The position numbers were made by a program, and so were the translations under genes. A stretch of 64,000 nucleotides of DNA from an uncultured Planctomycetia bacterium (GTDB lineage: Bacteria > Omnitrophota > Gorgyraeia > 2-02-FULL-51-18): NCBI GenBank assembly GCA_964606485.1, contig CAZSGP010000001.1:97085-161084 (forward strand), written 5' to 3'. The notes under the pieces were generated by a model. The model did no database searches and was not told where the DNA came from. It saw only the letters and a program-made list of their open reading frames with translations. This document shows, one piece after another, positions 50,898-59,677 of the stretch (within the stretch, counting starts at the first letter, position 1; each line of letters begins with the position of its first letter).

Positions 50898-51849
50898 AAA
50901 AGTTCTCGTTACTGGCGGAGCCGGATTTATTGGCTCTTACTTGACTGAGCTTTTGGTTGAAAATGGGGCCAAAGTTACCGTCGCTGATTCCCTCGAGCGC
51001 GGGGGAAAAGTCCGCATTGAACCCCTGCTTAAAAAAATAAAATTAAGCGTCACAGATTTAACCGAACCTAAAAACTGTCTTAAGGCCTGCAAAAATCAGG
51101 ACATTGTTCTCAATCTCGCCGCAAAAGTCACAGGCATTGAATACAACCGCTTCAATATGGCGGACATGTTTGAAACGAATATGAAGCTTCAGATGAACCC
51201 ACTTCATGCCGCGGCCGAGTGTGGCGTAAAACGCTTTCTTCAGGTCAGCACCGCGTGTATTTATCCGCATGATGCGATTGTGCCAACGCCGGAGTCTGAG
51301 GGAGAGCGCGGAAGCCCAGAGCCCACGAATGAGGGGTATGGTTACGCAAAGTTAATGGGGGAGAAGCTAGCAAAATATTATTCCAAGGAGAGAAAAATCA
51401 AGGTTCTGATCGCGCGCCCCTTTAATGCCTACGGGCCTCGTGACCACTATGACGAAAAAACATCGCACGTGATCCCGGCCATATTAAAACGCGTGCTGGA
51501 TAAAGATAATCCGGTGGTCATTTGGGGAACCGGCAATCAATCACGCGCATTTGTTCATGCTCGAGACATCGCGAGGGGCATGATGCTGGTTGCCGAAAAG
51601 GCGCCTGTTGCAACACCGATTAACATTGGGCACGATCAGGAAGTGACGATCAAAGAGTTATTTGCCGTCATTTGCAAAATCACGGGTCGAAACCCTAAGG
51701 TTCGTTTTGACACCTCAAAGCCTGACGGCTATGCGCGCCGTTCATCCGATATCTCCAGGCTTCGTCAAATCACCGGATTTGTCCCTTCGGTTTCACTCGA
51801 GCAAGGTATTCTTGAAATGGTTCAAGATTTTACCCAAAGAAAGTCATAA
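50878..51849 (+). CDS. NAD(P)-dependent epimerase/dehydratase (extended SDR). Candidate GDP-4-keto-6-deoxyhexose reductase/epimerase.
   Basis: Rossmann [14 protein letters not shown]. Catalytic YxxxK ([11 protein letters not shown]). Follows gmd with a 20-nt overlap. Confidence 0.7.
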   Translation: MSFWKNKKVLVTGGAGFIGSYLTELLVENGAKVTVADSLERGGKVRIEPLLKKIKLSVTDLTEPKNCLKACKNQDIVLNLAAKVTGIEYNRFNMADMFETNMKLQMNPLHAAAECGVKRFLQVSTACIYPHDAIVPTPESEGERGSPEPTNEGYGYAKLMGEKLAKYYSKERKIKVLIARPFNAYGPRDHYDEKTSHVIPAILKRVLDKDNPVVIWGTGNQSRAFVHARDIARGMMLVAEKAPVATPINIGHDQEVTIKELFAVICKITGRNPKVRFDTSKPDGYARRSSDISRLRQITGFVPSVSLEQGILEMVQDFTQRKS

Positions 51850-51871
51850 CTTATTTATAATAAATAAGTTA
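51847..51871. repeat. Perfect 12/12-nt AT-rich palindrome (taacttatttat-a-ataaataagtta), overlapping the stop codon of the preceding gene
   Basis: Read directly. Could be a weak hairpin or an operator. No T-tract follows. Confidence 0.5.
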
Positions 51872-51955
51872 CAAGAATCATAACCCTCTTTTTAATTCTC
51901 CTCCAAAGCTCCCAATCTGTTAAAAATAGTTAAACAATACTAATTTTATATAATG

Positions 51956-51984
51956 TTGAAATGCTAGCGCTCGTGAGGTATACT
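51956..51984 (+). promoter_or_regulatory. Sigma70-type promoter TTGAAA-17-TATACT upstream of the upxY-like gene
   Basis: Hexamers and 17-nt spacer read directly. Lies in a 184-bp, ~25% GC intergenic region. The predicted leader to ATG 52034 is ~45 nt, with no obvious SD. Confidence 0.5.
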
Positions 51985-52033
51985 ACTTACTGGTGATAAT
52001 TTTTGATTACTATTAATAATAATTAATTATCTT

Positions 52034-52549
52034 ATGATGCTAAGCCCACTTCTCACAACTACAGCCTGGTTAGCGCTTTACACTAAAAGTCGCCACGAGA
52101 AATTTATTCAAGCGGCCCTTCAAAAAAAAGGGATTGCGAGCTACCTGCCCGTTCGAAAAATTCAGAGACGCTGGTCCGATCGCACCGTGACGCTGGAAGA
52201 GCCGGTATTTTCCAGTTATCTCTTTGTGCAGATCGATGAATTGAATCGTTCGAAAGTTTTGTCAACGAAGGGCGCGGTTAAATTTGTCAGTGCGGGTTCG
52301 GAGCCTGTGATTGTGCCGGATGAGGTGATTCACTCGCTGCGCACGGTATTTGCGCACGAGATGGAGGCTAACCCTTTTCCGTATCTGAGAGAAGGCCAAA
52401 AAGTTTGTGTAAAAGGCGGCGTATTTAAAGGGGTGGAAGGATTTATCACCCGAAAAGATGACAAGCGGTGCCGTCTTGTGATTTCGATCGACGCTATTCG
52501 GAGTTCGATTTCGGTGGAAGTCGACTCTTGCTTGGTCGATAAAATTTAA
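52034..52549 (+). CDS. UpxY/LoaP/RfaH-like NusG-paralog transcription antiterminator
   Basis: N-terminal NGN-like W-L-A-L-Y-T-K-S-R-H-E-K (compare UpxY WYVLYT.SR.E.K). C-terminal KOW motif GQKVCVKGGVFKGVEGFI. Sits at the head of a polysaccharide operon. Confidence 0.7.
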   Translation: MMLSPLLTTTAWLALYTKSRHEKFIQAALQKKGIASYLPVRKIQRRWSDRTVTLEEPVFSSYLFVQIDELNRSKVLSTKGAVKFVSAGSEPVIVPDEVIHSLRTVFAHEMEANPFPYLREGQKVCVKGGVFKGVEGFITRKDDKRCRLVISIDAIRSSISVEVDSCLVDKI

Positions 52550-52619
52550 GCCACACCCTCGTAGGCCCCATTTTTTAAGTCCTGGGACTGAGAGGGCGGA
52601 GCTGTAGACATAGGGGTTC

Positions 52620-53486
52620 ATGATTCGGATGAAAGAAAAGAAATCTTACGAAATCATCATAGCGCCCAGCCGGGGCTGGGATGCGATCGATTGGCTCTCT
52701 CTCTGGCACTATCGTGATTTATTGTATTTTTTGGTGCGCCGCGAATTCATCTCAAAATACAAACAAACGATATTAGGGCCATTGTGGTTCATACTCCAAC
52801 CGCTTCTGACCACCGGTGTTTTTACCGTTATCTTCGGAAAGCTTGCGAGAATTCCCACAGACACCATTCCTCCGATTTTGTTTTATATGTGCGGACTCTT
52901 GGCTTGGAGCTACTTTGCGCAGTGTCTAAACGGCGTATCAGTTTCGTTGTCGGGTAATACTTATATTCTAGATAAGGTTTATTTCCCAAGACTTATCATC
53001 CCTCTTTCAATTATCTGCTCGAATTTCTTTGCCTTTTGTTTGCAATTGGCCGTTTTCTTAATTTTCTATACCCACTTTAAATTTTTTACGCCGGCGGGTG
53101 CTTTGATGGATGTGCGAATGTTTATTCTTTGGCTCCCGCTGCTATTTCTCCAAACCGCGGCGGTTGCGCTTGGTGTGGGGCTTTGGATTGCGGCATTTAC
53201 AGTGAAGTACCGTGACTTTAGGCATCTCATGGATTTTCTAACGCTGCTTTGGATGTACGCAACGCCGATTGTTTACCCGATTTCTATGATTCCGGGCCGC
53301 TGGAAAATTCTAATTGCTTTAAACCCGATGACGGGAATTGTGGAGAGTTATCGGTATGCATTTTTTGGCGTAGGCACCGTAGACCCAGAGTATCTCCTGA
53401 TTTCGGGGGCGGTCACCTTGGTTGTTTTGATGTCCGGAGTTCTTTTTTTTAGCAAAATTGAAAAGACATGCGTGGATGTTCTCTAG
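52620..53486 (+). CDS. wzm: ABC-2-type polysaccharide/O-antigen export permease
   Basis: WHYRDLLYFLVRREFISKYKQTILGPLWFILQPLL is the canonical Wzm/KpsM N-terminal signature. Six predicted TM helices. Confidence 0.8.
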   Translation: MIRMKEKKSYEIIIAPSRGWDAIDWLSLWHYRDLLYFLVRREFISKYKQTILGPLWFILQPLLTTGVFTVIFGKLARIPTDTIPPILFYMCGLLAWSYFAQCLNGVSVSLSGNTYILDKVYFPRLIIPLSIICSNFFAFCLQLAVFLIFYTHFKFFTPAGALMDVRMFILWLPLLFLQTAAVALGVGLWIAAFTVKYRDFRHLMDFLTLLWMYATPIVYPISMIPGRWKILIALNPMTGIVESYRYAFFGVGTVDPEYLLISGAVTLVVLMSGVLFFSKIEKTCVDVL

Positions 53487-53490
53487 ATAA

Positions 53491-54585
53491 ATGAAAAAAG
53501 ATTTCCTATCGGAACTGGTTGTCGGTATTGCCAGAGGTGAATTTAATTTTTATAGAGATAATACTGATTATCTAAGGTTTCCCACGAAGCCTCTGTCTCA
53601 GCTAAGAAGCTGGATTGTGGATAATATTTTATCTGCTTCAAATAAACTCGGCTGGCACCGCTTCCCAGGAAAAATTGAAGATGGTGAGCTGGAATATACG
53701 ATGACTCATAGGGCTCAGTTTCAAGGGTTCTATGATTTATTGGAAGATGAGGATTCCAAGCAGCTACTCATCGAATTGATAAAATTTAGGATTTTAGGTC
53801 CAAGGCATATCCAATTGCCAAGGAACAATGCGGACTATTGGAAAAAAGTTCGTTCGATCTCCCAGTATTTCAAAAAGACAAGCTCGTTTAAAGGATTGGG
53901 GGAATATGCGATTCAAATTAAAAATACTAGCTTGTATTTGCATTGCGGCCCTTTGAACATTCTAAATACATTTCTCTTAGGGCAATACGCCTGCCGTAAA
54001 GGCGGGAAATTCATTGGGGCTGAGAGTGGAGATGTCGTGATCGACGCGGGGGCTTGTTACGGGGACACCACTTTGGATTTTGCGGATAGGGTGGGCGCTA
54101 GTGGAAAGGTCTATAGCTTCGAATTTGACCCCCAGAATCTTAAAGTGTTGGAAAAAAACTTAGGGCTCAATGGGAGTCTGAGCTCCCGAATAATCAACAC
54201 ACCAAAAGCCTTATGGTCTGAATCGTACCAGAAATTGCCCTATACCTCCGCTGGCCCGGGAAGCTCGCTCTTTTCTAGGGCAGAGGCCAGTGCGTTTGCG
54301 GAGACGATTTCAATCGATGATTTTGTGGAGCAGCAAAAAATTTCGAAAATTGATTTGATTAAAATGGATATCGAAGGCTCAGAGAAAAATGCATTGATGG
54401 GTGCGGTGAAGACGATTAGAGCTTTTAGGCCCAAACTAGCCATCTCTATTTATCACTTGAAAGACGATTTTATCCGCATCCCGCAATTTTTGAATGATCT
54501 CAAGTTGGGCTACACATTTTTTATGGATCATTTTACGATTCACAATGAAGAAACTGTTTTATTTGCGACGGCGGCACATGAGTAA
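53491..54585 (+). CDS. FkbM-family methyltransferase
   Basis: VIDAGACYGDTTL (SAM-binding). FkbM hallmark KMDIEGSEKNAL. Confidence 0.75.
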   Translation: MKKDFLSELVVGIARGEFNFYRDNTDYLRFPTKPLSQLRSWIVDNILSASNKLGWHRFPGKIEDGELEYTMTHRAQFQGFYDLLEDEDSKQLLIELIKFRILGPRHIQLPRNNADYWKKVRSISQYFKKTSSFKGLGEYAIQIKNTSLYLHCGPLNILNTFLLGQYACRKGGKFIGAESGDVVIDAGACYGDTTLDFADRVGASGKVYSFEFDPQNLKVLEKNLGLNGSLSSRIINTPKALWSESYQKLPYTSAGPGSSLFSRAEASAFAETISIDDFVEQQKISKIDLIKMDIEGSEKNALMGAVKTIRAFRPKLAISIYHLKDDFIRIPQFLNDLKLGYTFFMDHFTIHNEETVLFATAAHE

Positions 54586-55819
54586 GCCTATTATTGAAGT
54601 TGAGAATCTCTCAAAACTTTATCATCTAGGCGAACTTGGCTCTAATTCTTTGCGCGAGGCCGCGGAGCGCTTATGGAAACAGACTTCAAGCGCCGTCAAG
54701 CCGAATAATACATTCTGGGCTCTAAAGGATGTGTCTTTTACGGTGAACCCTGGTGAGATTGTCGGGGTTATTGGAGCGAATGGGGCTGGGAAGTCGACAC
54801 TCCTGAAAGTGCTGTCTAGAATTACGGAGCCCACGGCCGGAAAGGCTGTACTTCGCGGGCGAGTAGCCTCCCTTTTAGAAGTGGGGACCGGATTTCATCC
54901 GGAGCTGACGGGTCGCGATAATATTTATCTAAACGGTTCAATTCTGGGAATGAGGAAAAAAGAAATAGATAAAAAGTTTGATGAGATCGTGGCTTTCGCG
55001 GAACTTGAGAAATTTTTGGATACGCCGGTGAAGCATTACTCGAGCGGCATGTACGTGAGACTCGGATTTGCGGTTGCCGCGCATTTAGAGCCTGAGATTT
55101 TACTGGTTGACGAAGTGTTGGCAGTAGGAGACCTCGCTTTTCAAAAAAAATGCCTTGGAAAAATTAACGACGTCGCCAAGCTCGGCCGCACCATTCTTTT
55201 TGTGAGTCATAATGTTTCCGCGATTCTTTCAATTTGCGGCCGTTGTTTGATGCTTGGGAACGGAAAAATTATTCAACAAGGCTCTCCTTCCGATGTGATC
55301 TTAAGCTACTCGAAACCAGAGGAAAGCCATTTAGCCTTGATGACGTATGCGGATGCGAACGCGCCGGGTGATGAAACCGCACGGCTCATTTCCGCGAGCG
55401 TCGGAGAGCCGGGCTTAGCGCCGGCCGCAGAGCTTGATATTAACAGGGCCTGTACTGTAAAAATGCGTTTTAAAATCAACAGCGCGCAAGAAACATCGGT
55501 TGTTCCGAGCTATCACTTTTACACGGCGGATGGCGCGTGTGCGTTTGTGGCAACGATGCCTCAGGAACTTAAATTGTCGTCCGGAATTTATGAAGCCCAG
55601 TGTTTGATCCCCGCTAATTTTCTAAACGACAAAATGTATTCGATTGGATTTGCGCTGACTAGCGTTGGCCCTCACATGAGAGTTAATTTTTTTGAGAGTC
55701 ATGTGCTTTCTTTGATTGTCCGTGACCCCATCGAAGGAACGGTTGGTCGGCATGGCTATACGGGTCCTTTGGGCGGGGTGGTGCGGCCGCAATTTGAATG
55801 GAAGGCGGGATCGGCGTGA
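54578..55819 (+). CDS. wzt: Polysaccharide ABC transporter ATP-binding protein with a C-terminal ~170-aa substrate-binding-type extension
   Basis: Likely start is ATG 54578 (MSKPIIEVENLSKLY), an 8-nt overlap with the upstream stop. Walker A GANGAGKST. Signature YSSGMYVRLGFA. Walker B ILLVDEVLAVGD. H-loop SHN. Residues ~270-441 form an extra beta-rich domain, as in O-antigen Wzt. Confidence 0.85.
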   Translation: MSKPIIEVENLSKLYHLGELGSNSLREAAERLWKQTSSAVKPNNTFWALKDVSFTVNPGEIVGVIGANGAGKSTLLKVLSRITEPTAGKAVLRGRVASLLEVGTGFHPELTGRDNIYLNGSILGMRKKEIDKKFDEIVAFAELEKFLDTPVKHYSSGMYVRLGFAVAAHLEPEILLVDEVLAVGDLAFQKKCLGKINDVAKLGRTILFVSHNVSAILSICGRCLMLGNGKIIQQGSPSDVILSYSKPEESHLALMTYADANAPGDETARLISASVGEPGLAPAAELDINRACTVKMRFKINSAQETSVVPSYHFYTADGACAFVATMPQELKLSSGIYEAQCLIPANFLNDKMYSIGFALTSVGPHMRVNFFESHVLSLIVRDPIEGTVGRHGYTGPLGGVVRPQFEWKAGSA

Positions 55820-56562
55820 TCAAAAAAATGCTTTATGGGATTGGAATGTTGCCGTCACAGTACACCTGGCCAAACCCATTTAAAATTTTGGAATACAACG
55901 AGCTTTTAAAAGATTGCGATTTCAAAAAAACGGATCGAGTATTAGATTTCGGATGCGGCGGAGGGCGGCAGTCCGTATTGCTGGCTAAAAAAGTCGGAAA
56001 AGTGGTGGGTGTGGATATTGATGGTTTGGAAATCGAACGCGCGAAAGCCTATGCTCAATACACTCAGACTCAAAATGTCGAATTTATCCATGCGGCTGTC
56101 GAAAAAGTATGTTTTCCATCGGAATCGTTCGATGTGGTGGTGAGTTTTTGCGTGATGGAGCACGTGCCCAATTACAGGGCTGTGTGTGATGAATTTTACC
56201 GGCTGCTTAAGCCCGGAGGAAAGATGCTTTTGTCGGTCGATGCGCTCGAGACGGTGACGGACCCGGAAATTCTAAATCTTCACACCAAAGAAGGCGGTGT
56301 AGTTCAGTATTTTCGGTCAGGCCCTTTACAAGAGCTGATTCGGACAGTAGGAATGGAACAGATTCAAATTCGACCGATATTTAGAAGTGATTACGCGAGA
56401 GTTCGGTTTGAGTCGGGCATTCGAAACCGCTGGGCGGGTTACCGCGTTCTAAAAAAATTTTTGGAATATGGAAGGCTGTTATGGGAAGAAGCTCTATCTA
56501 AAAATTCCGCCAAAGGCATATTCTTATGTCTTTCGGCGACAAAACCGAAGCGGAGCTTGTAA
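55798..56562 (+). CDS. Class I SAM-dependent methyltransferase
   Basis: VLDFGCGGGRQS. VVGVDIDG. MLLSVDA (Methyltransf_11-like). Confidence 0.65.
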   Translation: MEGGIGVIKKMLYGIGMLPSQYTWPNPFKILEYNELLKDCDFKKTDRVLDFGCGGGRQSVLLAKKVGKVVGVDIDGLEIERAKAYAQYTQTQNVEFIHAAVEKVCFPSESFDVVVSFCVMEHVPNYRAVCDEFYRLLKPGGKMLLSVDALETVTDPEILNLHTKEGGVVQYFRSGPLQELIRTVGMEQIQIRPIFRSDYARVRFESGIRNRWAGYRVLKKFLEYGRLLWEEALSKNSAKGIFLCLSATKPKRSL

Positions 56563-57824
56563 TGCATTTAACCTACCGAAAAAGTTGCAGAATTTGTGGA
56601 TCTACTGCTTTAGCGAAAGTGATTGAGCTGGGAGCTCAGCATCTTCAGGGCTCGTTTGTGAAGCCCGGAGAAAAGAAGCCTTCGATGAGAAAAATTCCGC
56701 TAACTCTCGTTCGTTGTAATCCGATGGAAGATGAGAATGCCTGCGGTCTGCTTCAGATGCTGCACACCGTGCCTCCGGAGGTGCTTTATTCTCATTATTG
56801 GTACCGTTCCGGGACGAATCGAACCATGCGCGATCATTTAAAAGGCATTGCGGAAGAAGTGAGTGCGCTGGTTCATAAAAAGAAGGCTCTAGTGCTCGAT
56901 ATCGGTTGTAACGATGGAACGCTTTTAGGTTATTACCCCGAGGGATACCAACGGTTTGGGATAGACCCGTCCGACATTGTTCAAAATGTGCCAAAGGGCG
57001 TTGAAGTGATCCATGATCTTTTTCCGTCGCATGTACTTTCAGAGCGATTGGGAAAAACCCGATTGGATGCGATCACCTCGATTGCCATGTTTTATGATCT
57101 CGAAGATCCTCTCGAGTTTGTGCGCAACATCAAGCAGTCGCTCGCGCCGGACGGATTGTGGGTGTTTGAGATGTCGTACATGCCGCTGATGCTCAAGATG
57201 AATTCCTACGACACCATTTGCCACGAACATTTGGAGTATTACAGTTTGGCAGTGATCGAATACATGCTTAAAAAAACCGGAATGAAAATATTTCGAGCAT
57301 CGCTCAATGATATTAACGGGGGAAGCATTCGGTGTTACGCCACGCATGCTGAAAACTCTCGTTTTACTCAATACGCCTATTTGGAAGAGCTCCGGGCGCT
57401 GCGGCAGGAAGAATTTGATATGGAGCTCGACACCGATAAACCCTACCGACATTTTCAAGCGCGGATCAATGCGCACAAGCGGCAATTGTTGGAGCTCGTC
57501 CGCTCGCTCAAAAAAAAGGGAAAACGCATTCACGTTTACGGAGCTTCCACCAAAGGAAACACCATTCTCCAGTTTTGCGGAATGGATAAAAAATTAATCG
57601 ATTGCGCCGCAGACCGAAACCCCGACAAACACGGGGCGTTTACGCTGGGCACCAACATTCCGATTGTCAGTGAAGAAAAATCAAGGGCCATGAAACCGGA
57701 TTATTATTTGGTGCTGCCTTGGCATTTTCGCGAAGAGTTTTTAGAAAGAGAAAAGGCGGTTCTTGCGAAAGGCGTTGGGATGATTTTCCCGTTGCCAAGT
57801 GTGGAGATTGTTAAGAAATCTTGA
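56562..57824 (+). CDS. TylCIII/NovU-like sugar C-methyltransferase family protein, copy 2
   Basis: Start ATG 56562 (TAATG overlap) aligns with the N-terminus of copy 1 (MHLTYRKSCRICG... vs MLSITERKTCRVCG...). VLDIGCNDGTLL. Confidence 0.65.
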   Translation: MHLTYRKSCRICGSTALAKVIELGAQHLQGSFVKPGEKKPSMRKIPLTLVRCNPMEDENACGLLQMLHTVPPEVLYSHYWYRSGTNRTMRDHLKGIAEEVSALVHKKKALVLDIGCNDGTLLGYYPEGYQRFGIDPSDIVQNVPKGVEVIHDLFPSHVLSERLGKTRLDAITSIAMFYDLEDPLEFVRNIKQSLAPDGLWVFEMSYMPLMLKMNSYDTICHEHLEYYSLAVIEYMLKKTGMKIFRASLNDINGGSIRCYATHAENSRFTQYAYLEELRALRQEEFDMELDTDKPYRHFQARINAHKRQLLELVRSLKKKGKRIHVYGASTKGNTILQFCGMDKKLIDCAADRNPDKHGAFTLGTNIPIVSEEKSRAMKPDYYLVLPWHFREEFLEREKAVLAKGVGMIFPLPSVEIVKKS

Positions 57825-57825
57825 T

Positions 57826-59136
57826 ATGAAAAAAGCGAGCTCAAACAATCGTTCTTTAATCCCGCGGAATGTTTTGGTGTTTCCGGGGGGCACGGAAATA
57901 GGCATGGAAATTCAAAGGTCTTTAGCGCCATGCAAAGAAGTGAACTTATTTTCCGCCTCCCAGGAAGTGTCTAATCATGCGCCTTATGTATTTAAAAACC
58001 ATTCAATCGTACTTCCGGTGACTCATAAAGGATGGGTTGAGAGCCTCAGAAAAGTCGTACGAAAGTATGATATTCATGCTATTTTTCCCGCCCATGATGA
58101 CGTGATCCTCCCGCTGCTGGATCATGCGTCAAAACTGCACACAAAAATTGTGACGTCTCCCAAGAAAACGTGTGTGGTGACCCGATCGAAAACGAAAACA
58201 TACTCATTGTTATCAGCGGTTGTTCCGTGCCCAAAAATATTTCATTGCGCAGAAGAGATTCGTTCTTACCCGGTGTTTATAAAGCCCGATAAGGGGCAGG
58301 GATCCTTCATGGCTTTGAAGATTGACGATTGCGAAAGCTTGAAATTTTTCCTAAAAAAAAGAAACGATTTTCTTATTTCGGAATATCTTCCTGGGAAGGA
58401 ATACACGGTAGACTGTTTTACCGACCGGAGAAAAGGGCTGCTTTTTTGTAGCGCAAGGGAAAGAGTCCGGGTAAAAGATGGAATTTCAATGCACACTTCG
58501 TTGGTTAAAAGCAAAGAATTTGAAAAATTTGCCAAGCGTATTTCTAACAAACTGCCTTTTTATGGAGCATGGTTTTTTCAGCTCAAGCGAGATAGCAAGG
58601 GTAGCTTAAAATTGCTCGAAATCGCTCCCCGGATAGCGGGCAATATGGGCTTGAGTCGGTCGAGGGGAGTTAATCTACCACTGCTTAGTTTTTTTGAGCA
58701 GGAGGGGAGAGCCATCGAAATTATGGCAAGCGACGGTCCGGTCGAGGTGGACCGGTGTTTAACGGAGCGTTACTTGCCGAATCTTGATTTCAAAACAGCC
58801 TATATTGACCTGGATGACACGCTTGTCCACAAAGGAAAAGTGAATATAGAGCTGATCCAATTTTTATTTCAATGCGTTAATAATAAGATCCGCTTGGTGT
58901 TATTAACAAAACATAAAGGGGATATTGATACGACTTTAAAAAAATTTAAAATTTCAGGTTTGTTTGACTCGGTCATTCTTTTAAAACCGGGAGAAAATAA
59001 ATCGGAGTATATCACTGATAAAAAATCTATATTTATTGATGATAGTTTTTCTGAGAGGCGACAGGTCGGTCGGGCATTGGGTATAAAAACATTTGATGGG
59101 TCGATGATCGGATCTTTGATTGATAACAGGAGCTAG
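57826..59136 (+). CDS. ATP-grasp domain protein fused to a C-terminal HAD-like hydrolase domain
   Basis: Start ATG 57826 (MKKASSNNRS). ATP-grasp-like central region (YPVFIKPDKGQGS...ISEYLPGKEYTVDCF...LEIAPR). C-terminal HAD motif I YIDLDDTLV and motif III/IV FIDDS. Confidence 0.6.
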   Translation: MKKASSNNRSLIPRNVLVFPGGTEIGMEIQRSLAPCKEVNLFSASQEVSNHAPYVFKNHSIVLPVTHKGWVESLRKVVRKYDIHAIFPAHDDVILPLLDHASKLHTKIVTSPKKTCVVTRSKTKTYSLLSAVVPCPKIFHCAEEIRSYPVFIKPDKGQGSFMALKIDDCESLKFFLKKRNDFLISEYLPGKEYTVDCFTDRRKGLLFCSARERVRVKDGISMHTSLVKSKEFEKFAKRISNKLPFYGAWFFQLKRDSKGSLKLLEIAPRIAGNMGLSRSRGVNLPLLSFFEQEGRAIEIMASDGPVEVDRCLTERYLPNLDFKTAYIDLDDTLVHKGKVNIELIQFLFQCVNNKIRLVLLTKHKGDIDTTLKKFKISGLFDSVILLKPGENKSEYITDKKSIFIDDSFSERRQVGRALGIKTFDGSMIGSLIDNRS

Positions 59137-59137
59137 A

Positions 59138-59677
59138 ATGAAAAGGCAGATTCCCAGTAGTATGGACAACGATCATTATCAGCTGATCCGAAAAAACATT
59201 AGGCGCTTTATGAAGCACGTTTCAAAAAAGTATAGCCGCTCCAAAGGCCTTCTTCTGGATGTGGCTCCCCAGATTCACGAAGGGGCTAAGCCCTTTTTTA
59301 AAGAGGGTATCAAAATTGAAACTTTGGATATTGACCCGAAGGGCGGTTGCACTTATACGGCGGATATTTGTAAAAAAAATCCCAGTATTTCCGGTAATAG
59401 GTACGATTTTATCGTTTGCACGGAAGTCATAGAGCACGTGGTAGCGCCGTGGGAGGCGATTTCTGAGATTCGCCGGCTCTTGAAACCAAAAGGGCTCTTG
59501 TTTCTCTCCACTCCATTCAACTTTAGAATTCACGGCCCTTTGCCTGACTGCTGGAGGTTTTCAGAGCACGGTCTAAGGGAGCTTCTGAAAAGCTTTAAAA
59601 TTTTGGAGCTAAAGGCGCTCCAAACGCCGGGCCGTCCTTTGATGCCCATTCATTACACCGTCGTAGCCAAAAAATGA
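59138..59677 (+). CDS. Class I SAM-dependent methyltransferase (small)
   Basis: Start ATG 59138. LLDVAP. FIVCTEVIEHV. LKPKGLLFLS. Confidence 0.6.
   Translation: MKRQIPSSMDNDHYQLIRKNIRRFMKHVSKKYSRSKGLLLDVAPQIHEGAKPFFKEGIKIETLDIDPKGGCTYTADICKKNPSISGNRYDFIVCTEVIEHVVAPWEAISEIRRLLKPKGLLFLSTPFNFRIHGPLPDCWRFSEHGLRELLKSFKILELKALQTPGRPLMPIHYTVVAKK

Noticed and set aside
52550-52619. Possible intrinsic terminator between the upxY-like gene and wzm (cctc...gagg and ggcccc followed by tttttt)
   Set aside because: The stems are only 3-5 bp and are not immediately followed by the T-tract in a canonical arrangement. An antiterminator-controlled operon is expected to be read through here anyway. Left uncalled.
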